From Felis catus (taxonomy: Eukaryota): DNA of 64,000 bases. Within the stretch, counting starts at the first letter, position 1; each line of letters begins with the position of its first letter. Below the pieces are notes generated by a model that searched no databases, was not told the origin of the DNA, and saw nothing but the letters and a program-made list of their open reading frames with translations. The DNA lies in contig NC_058378.1 of assembly GCF_018350175.1 (NCBI RefSeq), positions 76,508,001 through 76,572,000 on the forward strand. Reading direction: 5' to 3'. This document shows positions 36,522-49,329 of this stretch, piece after piece. The translations under genes were made by a program, and so were the position numbers.

Positions 36522-36999
36522 TTAAAGGTCAGTCAAGGTGCTATGGAAGGGCAAAGGTGAGGAGCTTGGGGAGTGGTGGGGTTGGAGGGAGCGCTGGGAT
36601 CTGCCTGGGAATCCTTCCTTGGCCCTGTCCTGTCTGAACCATTCTCCTTGCTCCCCCATGGCCTCCCCCACTGACTCTCTTCAAAGATTTCCTTGCTTGG
36701 AGAAGGATCTGGCTGGAAGTATCTACTGAGGGGGTCATCTCTACATTCTAGGGATCTTTAGAGCCAGGGATGGGGGTGCTCTAGGATAACAGTAGGTCTG
36801 TGAGAGGGACGAGTTTGGGCAGTGGGCAGGCAGGAACACATTGTGAGCATGATGGGCTTGGTGTACAACCTTTGCCTAAGTACCCCCTGGCCTGCAGACT
36901 TGGAATACCTCTTTCTGTCTTAGAATTCCTACCTAGGACACAATCCTTTCCCTTTTAAATACTGCTGACCAAATTCTATTGTATCCATAAAAACAGTGG

Positions 37000-37230
37000 C
37001 AATAATAATACCAGCAGAGACATATCCCGAGCATTCATCATGGTCTAAGGACTATCAATGTTCTAAATGTGCTTTCACTGTTTAGTCCAGGCAACACCCT
37101 ATAAATTAGTCTTTGTATTCCCATTTTGCAGATGAGAAAACAGATTTCAAGAGATTCAGTGACTTGCCCAAGGCCCCATAGGCAGTAAATGGCAAAGCCA
37201 GGATTTGATCCGAGATAGAATCTTGGAAGT
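37000..37230 (-). mobile_element. MIR
   Basis: CCCATTTTGCAGATGAGAAAACAG...AGTGACTTGCCCAAGGCC...GCCAGGATTTGA. Confidence 0.8.
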
Positions 37231-37309
37231 CAGTCTAACTGATGGCATGGAATGGACATACAGTTTTTACTGTGGTGTATGCTGTATCCAGCTATTCTAG
37301 AAAGTAATT

Positions 37310-37465
37310 TTCTAGAATTTGGAGTGCTTGTTAAAGCACGGAATACCGGGCCCTAGTCCACAGTTTTAGATTCAGTAGATCTGGAGTGGGCCAGAAAATT
37401 TGCGTTTCTTACAAGTCCTCAGCTGTGCCTGCTGGTCCAGAGACCACATGTTGAGAACCACATCC
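37310..37465. mobile_element. MER5A (hAT-Charlie MITE)
   Basis: GGAGTGCTTGTTAAAGCAC...GATTCAGTAGATCTGGAGTGGGCC...AATTTGCGTTTCTTACAAG...GGTCCAGAGACCACATGTTGAGAACCAC. Confidence 0.8.
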
Positions 37466-38036
37466 TACAGCAATATCAACCCATGACTGTGTGTTGACTG
37501 GAAAATTCAACCGTAAAGACTTTGTCAATTTAGATCCGACTCATAGAGATTTTCCAATCATGTGACTAGGGCCAAGATGTCATTTTGTACAAAAAAAGTA
37601 AGGTCTTTTCAGTGAATTCATAGCACACATGGTTATCAAGAAGAGGTTTAAAACGGTGAGAAAACAAATTGTCCTCTGGTATGCCTAGCCTAGGTGTGCT
37701 AAGCACAAAGCAAAAATGTGCCAACAGGTTGGTTTCCTAAAAGGAACCCTGATTATTCCTTTTGTGACATTAAGTGATATTGATTCACAAAGTAAGAAAG
37801 TTACTCCTTTTACAATCTCTTTCAGTTCTAGTGAGGTCAGTGAGAAAGCTTCAGGTTTGTGCTATTTCCCTTGAACACTTTCAAAAAATCTTCCTAAATC
37901 TCCTGTTGCAACAAAGAGAGAGTTAAGCCTGAGGACAGGCAGTAGTAACCAGAAGTTAATACACAGTTTTTACTGATGTCCTTTATTTTGCCATTAACTC
38001 ATACATACCCTATTTAAATAGCTTAGGAGAAATTAT

Positions 38037-38255
38037 GAGCACAGACTGCGTTGGCCTGAATGGGCACTGCCATTTACCAACTGTGTAACTGTGGGCAAAG
38101 TTCTGAACCTCTCTGTGCTTCAGCTGTCTCAGTTTTAAATGAGGATAAAAATAGTCTTGGCTTCAGTGTTGCTATAAGGACGAAATGGGTTAATATTCAT
38201 AAAGCACTTAGAAGATTGTCTTGAACACAGAAGTGCTACATAAGTACTTGTAAAT
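38037..38255 (+). mobile_element. MIR
   Basis: CTGCCATTTACCAACTGTGTAACTGTGGGCAAAGTTCTGAACCTCTCTGTGCTTCAG...TAAAGCACTTAGAA. Confidence 0.8.
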
Positions 38256-38904
38256 AACTAAATCGGTAAATAATTCATTGAGGCATGAAAAGCATTATCT
38301 TAAAGCAATTTAAAGGCAGAGACCACATACTGGAAACCCAAGGCTGTCCGGCCCCTCTCAGCCCATGTCAGACACTAGAAATCCATGAAGGCAGGTCCCT
38401 GACTCAGCTTTTCCCTGGCCACAGCCGTCAGGATATCCACAAACAATGGTTGATATTTAGCACCCAAGATGAAGATCCATTTGTCTAGCCTAGTCTGGCC
38501 AGTCCGGTGGACCTGGGATGGGGATTCTGGTCGAATGAGGGGTGAATTGGCAGACACTTTGGTCAGGGCAGCCCCCACGGGGGTGAGGTCAGAGGAGCTG
38601 AAGGAGGGCAGATGCCAGCACGAGGTTGGCCATTCCTGTTTTGTCCTCATTAACGAAGGGTCCTGAGGGAGCAGTGATCTGCTGTGCCCCTCAAAGCCAA
38701 CCAACGGGAGTGTCTAAGAGCACTGAAGTGGGGAGTAGGGGCATGTTCACTTGTCACTTAGAGAGCCTTTTGACACGTGACCCTACTGACCAAAAATGAA
38801 CTTCGTCTTGTCCACCATCTTGCCTCAGTCAGGCCTTCCCTGACTGAGTTATTGAGTTATCCAGTTATTGAGGGGGCTTGTTTAATTAAAAAAAAAAAAA
38901 AAAA

Positions 38905-39025
38905 AAAGCAGATCCAGGGCCAGCTTTCCTAGAAATTCTGATCGTGTAGGGCATTTGCATCTTTAATAAGCACATTAGTGATTCTGATATAGGTACTTCA
39001 TGGAACACACTTTCGAAAATCTAGC
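38905..39025. mobile_element. MER5-like fragment
   Basis: AAATTCTGAT...GCATTTGCATCTTTAATAAGCAC...GTGATTCTGAT...CACACTTTCGAAAA. Confidence 0.55.
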
Positions 39026-39684
39026 TTCTGTCTCTTTTTTAAAAGGAAGCTATTCCTTTGTTTTTATTGTTTTAGAATCTTCTGTGTAATTCTTTGCTGG
39101 CACAAAAGACCCCTTTGAAAGGAAGAAAGTGAAAAAACGCTGCAAACAGATAAGAGTGATGACATCAAAACAAAGAATGAATGTATCGTGTGTAGAGAGC
39201 TCCAAAACATTGTACCTTTGTCTGATTGGCCTGTTCAATTAAATTGAATTCAATTAAATTGCTCTTTGGTTATTAGCAGAAAGTTACACGTGCCTAAAAT
39301 CTTTCACTAACAAAAATCAGAGCTTTTATTATTCAGTATTAAAAAGCCCAACCCAATGAGTTTCTATGCCAAATTTTTCAATTAGGAAGCCTACAGTGTT
39401 GGAATATCATGACCCAGTTTTCGTTTTGATTTCCCCCTCTAACTTCTTACATCTAGTGCAGTCTGCTCTGTGGTGTTTCCAACTTAGAAAAAGTCAGTGG
39501 CCAAGAAGGACACCTGTCGGCCACAGAAAAGAGGAGGTGAGTGTGCAAATTAGAATGCAAATGAGTGCAAATAAGAATCTGAAAGATAAACAAGATGAGT
39601 TTTGGGAGATGCTGTGAATCATTGTGCTTGGTTCTTTGGCTGATGTAAAGGCATTAAGACAGGAAGTTGTTCCCGCAGGGGATT

Positions 39685-40345
39685 TTTTTTTTTTTTTTTA
39701 CTGTGGTAAAATTTAAATTACACAAAATTTACTACTTAGATTCTTTTTAAGTGTACTGTTTTGTGGCATTGAGTATATTCACGCTGTTGTACAACCATCA
39801 CATTATCCGCTCCAGAACCTTTTCATCTCCCCAAACTGAAACTCCACACCCATTAAACACTGACTTCCTTTCCCTCACCCCTAAGTCCCTGGAAACCACC
39901 ATTCCTTATTATTTAAAAAAAATTTTTTATGTTTATTTATTTTTGATAGAGGGACAGAGCACAAGCAGGGGAGGGGCAGAGACAGAGGGAGACACAGAAT
40001 CCGAAGCAGGCTCCAGGCTCTGAGCTGCCAGCACAGAGCCCCACACAGGGCTTGAACTCACAAACTATGAGATCATGATCTGAAGTCAGCTGCTTAACGA
40101 CTGAGCCACCCAGGCACCCCTCTGGCAACCACCATTCATTCACTCATCTGAGTGGAATCAGATAACACTTATCCTTTTGTGTTGGCTTATTTCAGGTAGC
40201 TTTGTGCCCTCAAGGTCCATCCATGCTGTGGTGTATTTCCTTCTTTTGAAGGCTGCGTAATACCCCATGGTGCGTGTTCTATCCATTCATCCCTGTGTGG
40301 ACACTTGGTTCCTTTCACCTTTTGGTTATTGTGAATAGTGCTGCT
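39685..40345 (-). mobile_element. L1MB-type 3' end, interrupted by a Can-SINE
   Basis: T-run then ACTGTGGTAAAAT...TTAAGTGTAC...GTTGTACAACCATCAC...CAGAACCTTTTCATCTCCCCAAACTGAAACTC. Confidence 0.85.
39905..40120 (-). mobile_element. Can-SINE nested in L1MB
   Basis: 16-bp TSD CTGG(A/C)AACCACCATTC. Confidence 0.95.
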
Positions 40346-40400
40346 CCGGAAGATGTAAAGTCTTCCGGCAGTGGATTTTATTTTTTTGTTTTTAGTTTTT

Positions 40401-40675
40401 TATACTTAATGTAGTTTTAATGAGTTAAGCACAGGGCTGTCCCATATCTTTCTACACATATGTTTATAAATATGTATATCTTAATGAAAGAAGATTTTAC
40501 TTGCAAGATGGATCATATATAGTGTCATTTCAATGAGGTAAGCACACGACAGTTTCCATATGCTTCTACACTTAAGTTTACGGACACTTATATCTCAATG
40601 AAAGAAGATGTTACCTGACACAATGATTATATACAGTGTAGTTTCAACGAGTTAAGCACAGGGCTATTCCCAGAT
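40401..40675 (+). repeat. Diverged ~113-114-bp tandem repeat, ~2.4 copies
   Basis: Units start at 40408, 40521 and 40635; shared blocks such as AA(T/C)GAG(T/G)TAAGCACA, TTCTACAC, TATATCT(T/C)AATGAAAGAAGAT. Confidence 0.9.
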
Positions 40676-42274
40676 AGCAGGGGATTTGAATAATAAAAAG
40701 CAATGACCCTCTTCCACCTCCCTCTACTAAGTCTGGTCTGATATCCAGAGCTGGCAAGGGACTGTCTGTTGTTTGAGAGACACTTGGCAGGAGATGGGCT
40801 GAGCACATGGCTAAACTTCCAGCATCCCGAGCCAAGCTCTTCATAATTTTTCTTGAGGCCACATCTTCTCATGAAGTCCATCATGTTAGAAACTCACACC
40901 TTCTCCCCCACAAGGAGACAGTTAACAAATCATGTCAATGGTGATTTTTTTTCAATTGAATGATATCTAAAAATTCTAGCACGTGAGAAAAAGAATCCAT
41001 CACATGACTTGAAACCACAGAAAATAGTAATAATGGGGGTGGAGACCATAATAGGGTGGGCATCACTCTTTTGCATTAAATGTCACTCCTTGTCTGTGTG
41101 TTGCATTTGCTTTGCTTACGGTATATACTCACAGCGAAACCATGGCAGAGTGGAAGACAACTTCTGGGAAATTTTATATGAAGTGCAAGAGGGAGGCATA
41201 TGCTGCTTGCTAACTGTCTGACAGATTTATAATGTTGTAGAGATGAGAGTCGCTAGGTAGCTTGACCTGCATCCCAGAGGTGGGACTTGTTTCTGAGCAA
41301 CAGGTAGGGATTTTCCCCTCCCAAATGCTAATTAATCTGAAGGAGCAAGAAATCAGATGGGAACCATAGCATTCTGTGCCTCCTGTTTTCAAGGCTGTGA
41401 TGGAAGGGAATGGTCGTCAACCTATCCCCTTTGAAGGGCAGGTTTTCAAAGCTGTAGAACTCTCTGGAGCAGTGGTGGGTGGTCAGCCCAGAGGACCTGC
41501 TTTCAAAAATTATTTTCCTTCTGGTTTTGGCCCCTTAGGGTGCCTGGGCCTCATTCTTCCCTTTAAACACGCAGACAAAAGCCCCCCCTAGACAGCACTT
41601 CCCAGGAGGCTGGGCTGTTTTGGAATTCAGGTTTTGAAAAGGGCTTTGAAGATAAAAGGAGGTACCTTCTCTTGCCTTGTTGCAGCCTCTCCCTAAAAGC
41701 AGCCTGTCTCTGCAGTGGAGATGCTGAAGGCCTATCCATGCAGCCCTCTGCCTGGCGTGGGGCTTGGCTAATCCAAGAGGCCAAAAGAGCCTTCCTCCCA
41801 AAAGGATCGCCTCAGCCCCCCAGACATTGCTTTGTATGGGTTCAGCTCATCCAGCTGACTTAGAGCTTCCGGAACGAGAGCAACCTAAGACCTCATTTCC
41901 CCAGCTCTGCCAGGGCATGGATAATCCAGATCATTGAAATAGACTCTTCCAGAGAGCAAACCTGGACATCGCTCACGAAGCTTGTTGGAAGTCTTTCAGA
42001 AACCACGTTACATGCTTATGTTCCTTTGAAAAGAGGAAGCGCTGAGCACAATGTAAGCTTTGTGCCATTATCTTTGTTGGACCTTCCTCAGTAGGCGGAG
42101 CGGTGCCACAGAGAGGTTGCACCTGCCGTCCCTGAGCATGGACACGTGGCTGCTGCGTATCTCTGGCATTTTCTTCGTCTAATCTGCCATGGGATTAAAA
42201 AAACAGAGTCACCGGTTAGTTAGCCTTGTACATGAGAATGAAGAAGACTGACATTTGGTGAAGCAACAAGGGCA

Positions 42275-42410
42275 GAGACTTGAAGTCCGGTAGCTCTGGA
42301 TTCAGGTGCGGGGTCTATCTATGGTCCATTGGACGGCCTCATGGGGCTAGTCATTCAACCTCTTGGAGCCCGTTTTTTCATCTGTAAAATGAGGTGTGAG
42401 GATCACACGA
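42275..42410 (+). mobile_element. MIR fragment
   Basis: GGGGCTAGTCATTCAACCTCTTGGAGCCCGTTTTTTCATCTGTAAAATGAGG. Confidence 0.7.
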
Positions 42411-42459
42411 GGTGTCGTGGGCAAAGTGTGTGGCACCCAGAACTGTTATTAAAACCAGT

Positions 42460-42924
42460 GGAGGAGGTGGGGAGCAGGTACCATCCCGGCCCCGCCCACA
42501 CCCCTGCATACCCATCACGTCTTATATAACCATCTCCCACCTTCCAGCTGCAGACACCTGCAACTTTGTGCTGAGGGCTTTCTCTGGTCATCGCCCCCTG
42601 CTTGGCTGGAGCTCAGAGAAGGCCAGAAGTTCCCAGAAGCATCCCCTTGGTGTCCCAGGAGTGATGCTCAACAACTGACAGACAGTAGAACCCCGGCTCC
42701 CAGCTGTGGTTGGGGTGGGGGTGACTGAGATGGGCTCTCCTTGTTCCCCAGTGGGACTGTCCACAATGTCACCTGCTTGATGACACCCTTGTATGGGCTG
42801 TCCTTCCCATTCTGTCCCATGTCCTCACTTCTCCTGCAGGGCCTCCTGGGATCACTTCCTAAATAAACTACAAGTCCTCAGACCCTTGTCTTGGGTTGGC
42901 CTCTGGAGGAGCCCAGACCAAGCA
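42460..42924 (+). mobile_element. LTR16-like (ERVL) solo LTR
   Basis: 3' end CCTGGGATCACTTCCTAAATAAACTACAAGTCCTCAGACCCTTGTCTTGGG...CTGGAGGAGCCCAGACCAAGCA resembles the recalled LTR16 end. Confidence 0.75.
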
Positions 42925-44249
42925 TTACGACCATTAGGTGCTGCCTCGTGTTCCTCTCAGCTTCCCATTTTCACCCTGTGTTGTTGGGATTGCATGGAAA
43001 AGACAAAATTCTATTTTCACACAGGTACATAGTTAATTTGAAGATCTCACTGTGCAATCGCAGTACATATTCTTCAGTTAAACTTCCAGAAGCATGAGAT
43101 GGGCAGTACTTGTTTTCAGAACTGAGTCATTACCAAGAGCTAACAACCACTTGTTGGGGAAGGTCGTCGAGAGGACGTGACCTCAGGCTCTCCCAAGAGC
43201 TGGACCTAGAAGGCTCCTCACCCCCTCGCCTGTCCTTGGAATGCACGATCTGACTGCCATCCTCACAGCGGGATCCATTCTCAAGAACACAGCCTTGAGA
43301 GAAACAGCATATGTGCCTGAACCCAGTTCAGGCCTCTATATAAACTCTCAAGATCCTGACGGGCAGGTCTGGAGATCTGCTCATCTTCCTGCAGCCAAGA
43401 CAAGCCCGTATGTAAGTTCCTTTGTTCATTACACCTGCCACCCATCAACCTGGAGTGGCCTGCCTCTTCCTTCTGTCTCTCCCAGCCCTCTGTGTATAGG
43501 GGCCAGTTTCAGGTGTCACCCTGGAAGCTCCCAAGCTTTAGGACCAGCACCACTTCCATCGCAGGAATCTTAGTCAAGCAAGAAGCCATAGAAGCTTTTG
43601 GAAAAATAGAAACCTACCACCAGCACCCAGTGTTCTCTCGATGGGACGGCTGCCCAGTTTGCGTGGTGTGAAGGCCCATACGTTCACCTGTCGCTGCACA
43701 GCAGACTGCTTCAAAGTGACAAGGGCATGCACTGGGCCGACAGTGGTGTCCTCGCTTGTGCATTTGATGCAAAGGAATGTACAGAGCCCAGAATCTGTAA
43801 GACGACCAGCACGGAGGGCAGCACTCCTAATCGCGGCCACCTTCACGCGAGGGTCAGGCCTATGGAGAGATGGGAGATAGGGTTTTTTTCCCCCAAAGTT
43901 TGCACAAAAATGAGCTTATGTGCCTGTACCCGTTCGCGCACTGGCAGTCTTAGATGTGTTAAGATTTAGTATGTCACCCAGGCAGGTGTATGTTCTTCTT
44001 TATTACGGCTTTTGAAGTGGTTAAAACATATTTGAAAACAATACCCATTTGACTACAGCCCCTGAAGCAGAGCCAGGTTTCAACCCCCCACATTCCGGCA
44101 CGCAGCCCCTCCCTGACCTTCAGCCTGCAATACCTGCAGATTTTCCCAGAGGCCACGTGCCATCCACGTCACTCAGCGCCCACATGGTTCATCTCACTGG
44201 GCCCCCCAAATGCTCCACGAGGCGCCTATAATTACCATCACCATTTTCT

Positions 44250-44479
44250 TTTTTTTTCTTTTGAATTTTTTTAAATGTTTATTCTCGAGAGAGAGACAGA
44301 CAGAGACAGAGTATGAGTGGGAGAGGGTCAGAGAGAGAGAGGGAGAGACAGAATCCGAAGTAGGCTTCAGGCTCTAAGCGGTCAGCACAGAGCCCGATGT
44401 GGGGCTGAACTCATAAACTGTGAGGTCATGACCTGAGCCGAAGTCGGACACTTAACCGACCGAGCCACCCAGGCACCCC
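44250..44479 (-). mobile_element. Can-SINE inserted in a MIR (MIR continues 44497-44590)
   Basis: Perfect 17-bp TSD TACCATCACCATTTTCT; downstream GTCACTTGCCCAAGGTCACACAG MIR core. Confidence 0.96.
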
Positions 44480-46457
44480 TACCATCACCATTTTCTAAAG
44501 GCCGTAGCACAGACAGGTTAGGTCACTTGCCCAAGGTCACACAGCAAAGGAGGGGCAGAGCTGAGGTTCAAACCTAGGTCTGACCCATTCCAAAGATTTC
44601 ATCAAAACTACATCCCCAGTGAGCCTAATTGCAAAGGGTATGCTCTTCCTCCTTCACTCCACGAGTTTATTAACTGCTCCTAATGGCACAGGTGACAAAA
44701 GGCTAAGGTGAGGGACTTTCTCTCCTGGGAACAGAGTGTCTTTCTGTCTACATAACGCTGGTAGGCGTTGGCAAACACTGGTAAAGAATTGTGTACAATG
44801 ATGTTTCCACTTTTTAAAAACAAACCATTCCACGTGTCAGATGTATAGTGTCTGTCTCCCACAGAGGTCCAGTTTCCTCTAATTTTTATCTGTTACCAAT
44901 AATTCTTTGGAACTGTAAGTGTTTACAATAAAAACAACAGGGTAGTTTTTGCTGGTACAGGTACACCCCCTGTGAGGTGTTTCTGTTAGTGACCAGTGGC
45001 TGGTCTGCTCACCTGGCCACCCATTCCCCAAGGGCCCTCCTTTAGAGATGACCTTTGGTGGTTACAGTGATATTTGGCTACCCTTCCTGCTGGGACAGCT
45101 GGGACCTTTGTAGACCTGCTTCAACTTACTAGGACAAGATCAAAGAAAACCTTCTGGGTTGCGGGCATCTCCATATTGCTTTTCCCTGCATAGATTAAAG
45201 AGTTGTTGGTGTTTATATCTAATGATGTAATTTAACTTAAAAGAGAAGGAGGACTATCATCTTACTACTTGGACAAAGGTTGGGAAGAGGGGAGATATGG
45301 CACCCATTTTCATTAGCACCCTTTGCATAGAGACGGGGAAAACATCTTGTGAATATCACTTATTACTCAAGTGTCAGAACATCTCGTGTCCTGGAAAGTT
45401 ATACAACAGACCTGTGAATTGAATGAGGAGATGAGGTTCAGGTAAAATGGGAAGGGGCCAGCTTTGTCCCGGCGACACCACTCTCTCCTACTGTCCTGTG
45501 CTGACGACTCCTGGTCGTGCACACGATCACTAGAGGCCAAGGAGGGATGGAGTCATTCTGGAATGGAATTTTATTCTATGGCTGGGGGGTGGACAGACAG
45601 AATGGCCACTTTCAACTATTTTCCCCAGCGTGCACTTTAGTCATCAGCTTCTTGCTTTGTGAGGGGTGATCTTGCTTCCCTAGCTAAACCCTCGTGGCCT
45701 CTATACCTTCTGTGTCCCCCACATATCCCTCAATGGTGTTTGGCACGTGGCAGATAGTTGGTAAACACCCTGTGATTGACATATTAGATATAAGGATTCA
45801 GTCAGGTCTCAATGACAGAAAAAAATCCCAATGAAGCCGCCTTAAGCAAAACCAGGAAGGTAGTGGCCCATGTAACTGGGGAGTCCAAGTGTCAGTGGTA
45901 GTAGCCAAAGCTTGCCTCGGGGCATCATACAATGGCAGTGGTGCCTGATTTGCCCAAATCTTACTTCTGCTTTCCTCCATCTCAACTTAATCCTCAGGAT
46001 CTGTGTAATGGTGAGATGCCAGCTTTCTGAGAGTCAGGTAAAAATTATGTACCCTTATAGAAAAATAAACATATACCCCACACTTTGCAAACAGTTTGTG
46101 GGAGTTTCACGTACCCACTAAAATCCCAGCATTATTAGGGAACTTTATAGCTTTGGGAGTCACATCTGGAGAAGTTAGTAGAAAGGCAGATAAGGCAACC
46201 TTTGTTCTCAGGACGGAGATAGTTTTATGTTCCATGTCTGAAAAGACTGTACATATATAGGGCAATAGCTCTGGAAATCCTGACGACTGTGCTGTGGTCA
46301 CAGGCAGAGAGTTGTCTGGGGCCACTGGGTCATGGCCTATGTTTATCTATCCATCGCTGTTCCAAACACATTATCCACCTGCAGTAGACTCTTCTAATCT
46401 CTTTGAGGGAGAATGAAGAGCGGGAAGACTGTTTTTAGAAGCTAAGTTCCAAATGCA

Positions 46458-46513
46458 ATATGCATACATATATATGTATGTATATGTATATATATGTATA
46501 TATATACATATGC
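46458..46513 (+). repeat. Alternating purine-pyrimidine (AT)/(ATGT)/(ATAC) tract
   Basis: Direct reading. Confidence 0.9.
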
Positions 46514-46879
46514 TAACTTGTAAAACTCATCAATGTCACCTATAGCATGCTAGACAATAACGTGTTGTCTCCTTTAAGCTCAAGTGGCAAATGGGCTTTG
46601 AGACAGGTGAGACAGGTATAGCTGCTGGGTGTAGTTGTGGACCCAACTCTTTCCTAAAATCTTGTTTGGATGAAGGAAGAGACGAGCAAGACAAAATCAC
46701 GTAATACCATTGTTAGCAGATTCCCCTAATGCTTAACGTTTCATTCACTCATTTGTTCATACGACAAATACTAATATTTACTGAGTAGCAACTCTGGGCC
46801 AGGTATTTTTCAAGGGGACATAGCAGCAAATGTAAAAAACGGTCCCTTAGTAATAGTGATTATCTTCTAGTGAGATCCA

Positions 46880-47132
46880 TGTGGCCGGCATCTTGTGTGG
46901 TGGGCATATGGTATTTATCTTCCCAATATCTGTGCACCCAAAGTAACTGACTTTAGTTTAGGGCATTAATCCTTTTTCCATTCTCAATCCTCTTGGTTTG
47001 AGAGATGGGTCTATGACCCAGAGTGATCCCAGTCAGCATAATTATACCCCAAATCCTCAGCCACAATGGTCACATGACCTATACTGGTCTGATCAGAGCA
47101 AATGTCAGGATTTTTACAGGAGCTATTGAATT

Positions 47133-47172
<40 letters not shown>

Positions 47173-47400
47173 TCTCTTTTATCTCTGCTGAACGTGAAAC
47201 TGAGAGGCTGTAAGTTGGAGCTATCAGTCAATTTGCACACAAAGAAGAATCTGAGCATGAAAGCAATAGAAATGTAGCATTGAGTGCTAGTGCCAAAGAC
47301 ATCGAGGCTTCATACGTTGAGTTCTTGATCCAGAACGTTGAGCCTGATTCCAGAATTCCCCTCTGGATACCATCATCCTGGTCAACTTGAGTGGGGTTTT
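46880..47400 (+). mobile_element. Old MaLR LTR (MLT1K/L-like) containing (CA)n at 47134-47170
   Basis: CAGCCACAATGGTCACATGACC...CTGATCAGAGCAAATGTCAGGATTTTT...GAGTTCTTGATCCAG motifs. Confidence 0.55.
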
Positions 47401-48799
47401 CTACCAATTGCTGTTAGAGGAATCAGAATTGATGCACCTGTTGACCTTGAAGACTTGATGTAGTTTCAGCTACAAGCATGTTCTGAGTACCTGGCATATG
47501 CAAGGTTCTCTGAGAACAGATATGCCAACCTGTGGGGAAGGTGAAGGTGAGGTGGGCTTCATCGCCCCTTCCTTCCCATCATCAACCCCTACTACTCATG
47601 CCCCAATACTCCACCCCAGGCACCCTTCCTCCCTTCCCCAGGCAAGGGTCCTGGGTTCCACGTCTGCTCTCCTAGCGGTCAATCAATCCCTGGAGAGGGC
47701 AGGCCAGGGGCGTGTCATGCCAGGAAGGGCACTGAACTTTAATTGGAAGAGGCCCTTTGCTTCTACTCTGTGCCTTACCATCTAGATGGTCTGGGTGAGC
47801 CATGGAACTGTCTGAGCTTTATCTTCCCCAAAAATAAGGGTGGATATAACAACAACAATAACAACAACAACCCCAAAACATTCTGTTCCCCATAAGCTCA
47901 TGCTGAGGATCAAAGGAGTCGGTGTAAGGGGCAGGGGCAGTGTGCTGTAAATAGCAGACTGACAGATGAAAAAGAAGACATCTTTGTTCACAAATAGCCT
48001 AACGTGTGAGTTCACCTGGGAGACTTTGCTCTTCCAAAGGGGATCTTTGAAGAGGAAAAAACTTCATTGCTGCACGAATTAAGCTGGAACCTGAAATGAC
48101 AGCCCTCAGCAAGGGCTGATAAGGGTCAGAGGCCCTGCCTGCCTCCCCCGTCATCCCGTGCAGGCACCTCTTCCGCTGGCCCTTGCGGAGTGAGCCCTGC
48201 GACTGACTCCATTCCCAGGATAGTAGTTAATGACCTGGAGCACCTGGGTATTTAGAGAACATTTTTCTTTCCATTGGCGCATATTTCTGCAGCAGTGACA
48301 AAGCAGAGGTGGCGTTGTGGGAAAAGGACCAATGAGGTGGACAGGTGGATTCCCTGGACCGGAGAAGACGGTGGTGGAGCTGTGCTGTCCATGCCCCCCT
48401 CTGAAGGTAGAAAGGCGGCCAGCACGGGAAGATACCAGGACGAGGATTTCTGGCTCTGGGGGCTAAGAGCTTGAAAATAAATGAGGAGTTTTCCCCAAAG
48501 AATGCCGGGGGAGTAGTGAGCTCACTGGTCCGATCTGATCAGCAGTGGGGAGGAAACAACTTTTACTGTTATCTGAGTGCCTCCTTGCAAGGAGCATTTG
48601 AGCAGCTTCCAGAGATTTCCTAGAAGTGACATTGCCGTTTGGGTCTTCAAGACACAACCTTTGCAGGGTTTGCTGAGTGCATCTGACCCCATGGCAGGCA
48701 GCACACTTGGACAAATGAAGGGGTTGGCATGGTTTGCTTGAGGGTTCCCATGGAGAATTTCCTCCACATCCTGTGACCTGTTGTTTTTCTTTGGTCTTC

Positions 48800-49285
48800 C
48801 ACTTAAAACAAAACAAAACAAAACAAAACAACTGGGCTGTAACATACCCACGATTAAATAAGTACACGGACTTAAAGCATACAGTTGGATGGATACTGAC
48901 AGTTGTATGCACCCATGTGTCCAGCATTTTGGTTAAGTATAGAATGTAATACCTCAGAAAGTTCCCTTGTGCCTCTTTCTTGCCTCTACCCAGAGGTAAC
49001 CACCAGGTGGAGAATAGAACCACCTATTCTAGAAGCTCATATAAATGGAATCCTATGGTATGCTCTCTCTTTTATGTCTGGTTTCTTCTGCTCAAAATTA
49101 TGCTTTTGAGACTTACTCGTGTGTTTGCATGGATCAGTAGCCCCTTCCTTTTTATTGAATCATGAATATTCCCTCGCGTGAACATGCCACAATTTATCCA
49201 TTCTCCTGTTAATGAACATTTGGGTTGTTCTCAGTGTTGGGTTATTGTGAATCAGTCTGCTATGAGCATTTGCACACGTCCCTTG
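48800..49285 (-). mobile_element. L1MC/L1MB-type 3' end
   Basis: AGAAAGTTCCCTTGTGCCTC...TCATATAAATGGAATC...CCACAATTTATCCATTCTCCTGTTAATGAACATTTGGGTTGTT. Confidence 0.85.
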
Positions 49286-49329
49286 GGCTTGGCTAGCACA
49301 GAGCAAAGACCCCAAGGAGATAGAAGACA

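Noticed and set aside
43806-43825. RE1-like 20-mer CCAGCACGGAGGGCAGCACT
   Set aside because: Mismatches at core positions of both half-sites (ACC and GGAC); chance level.
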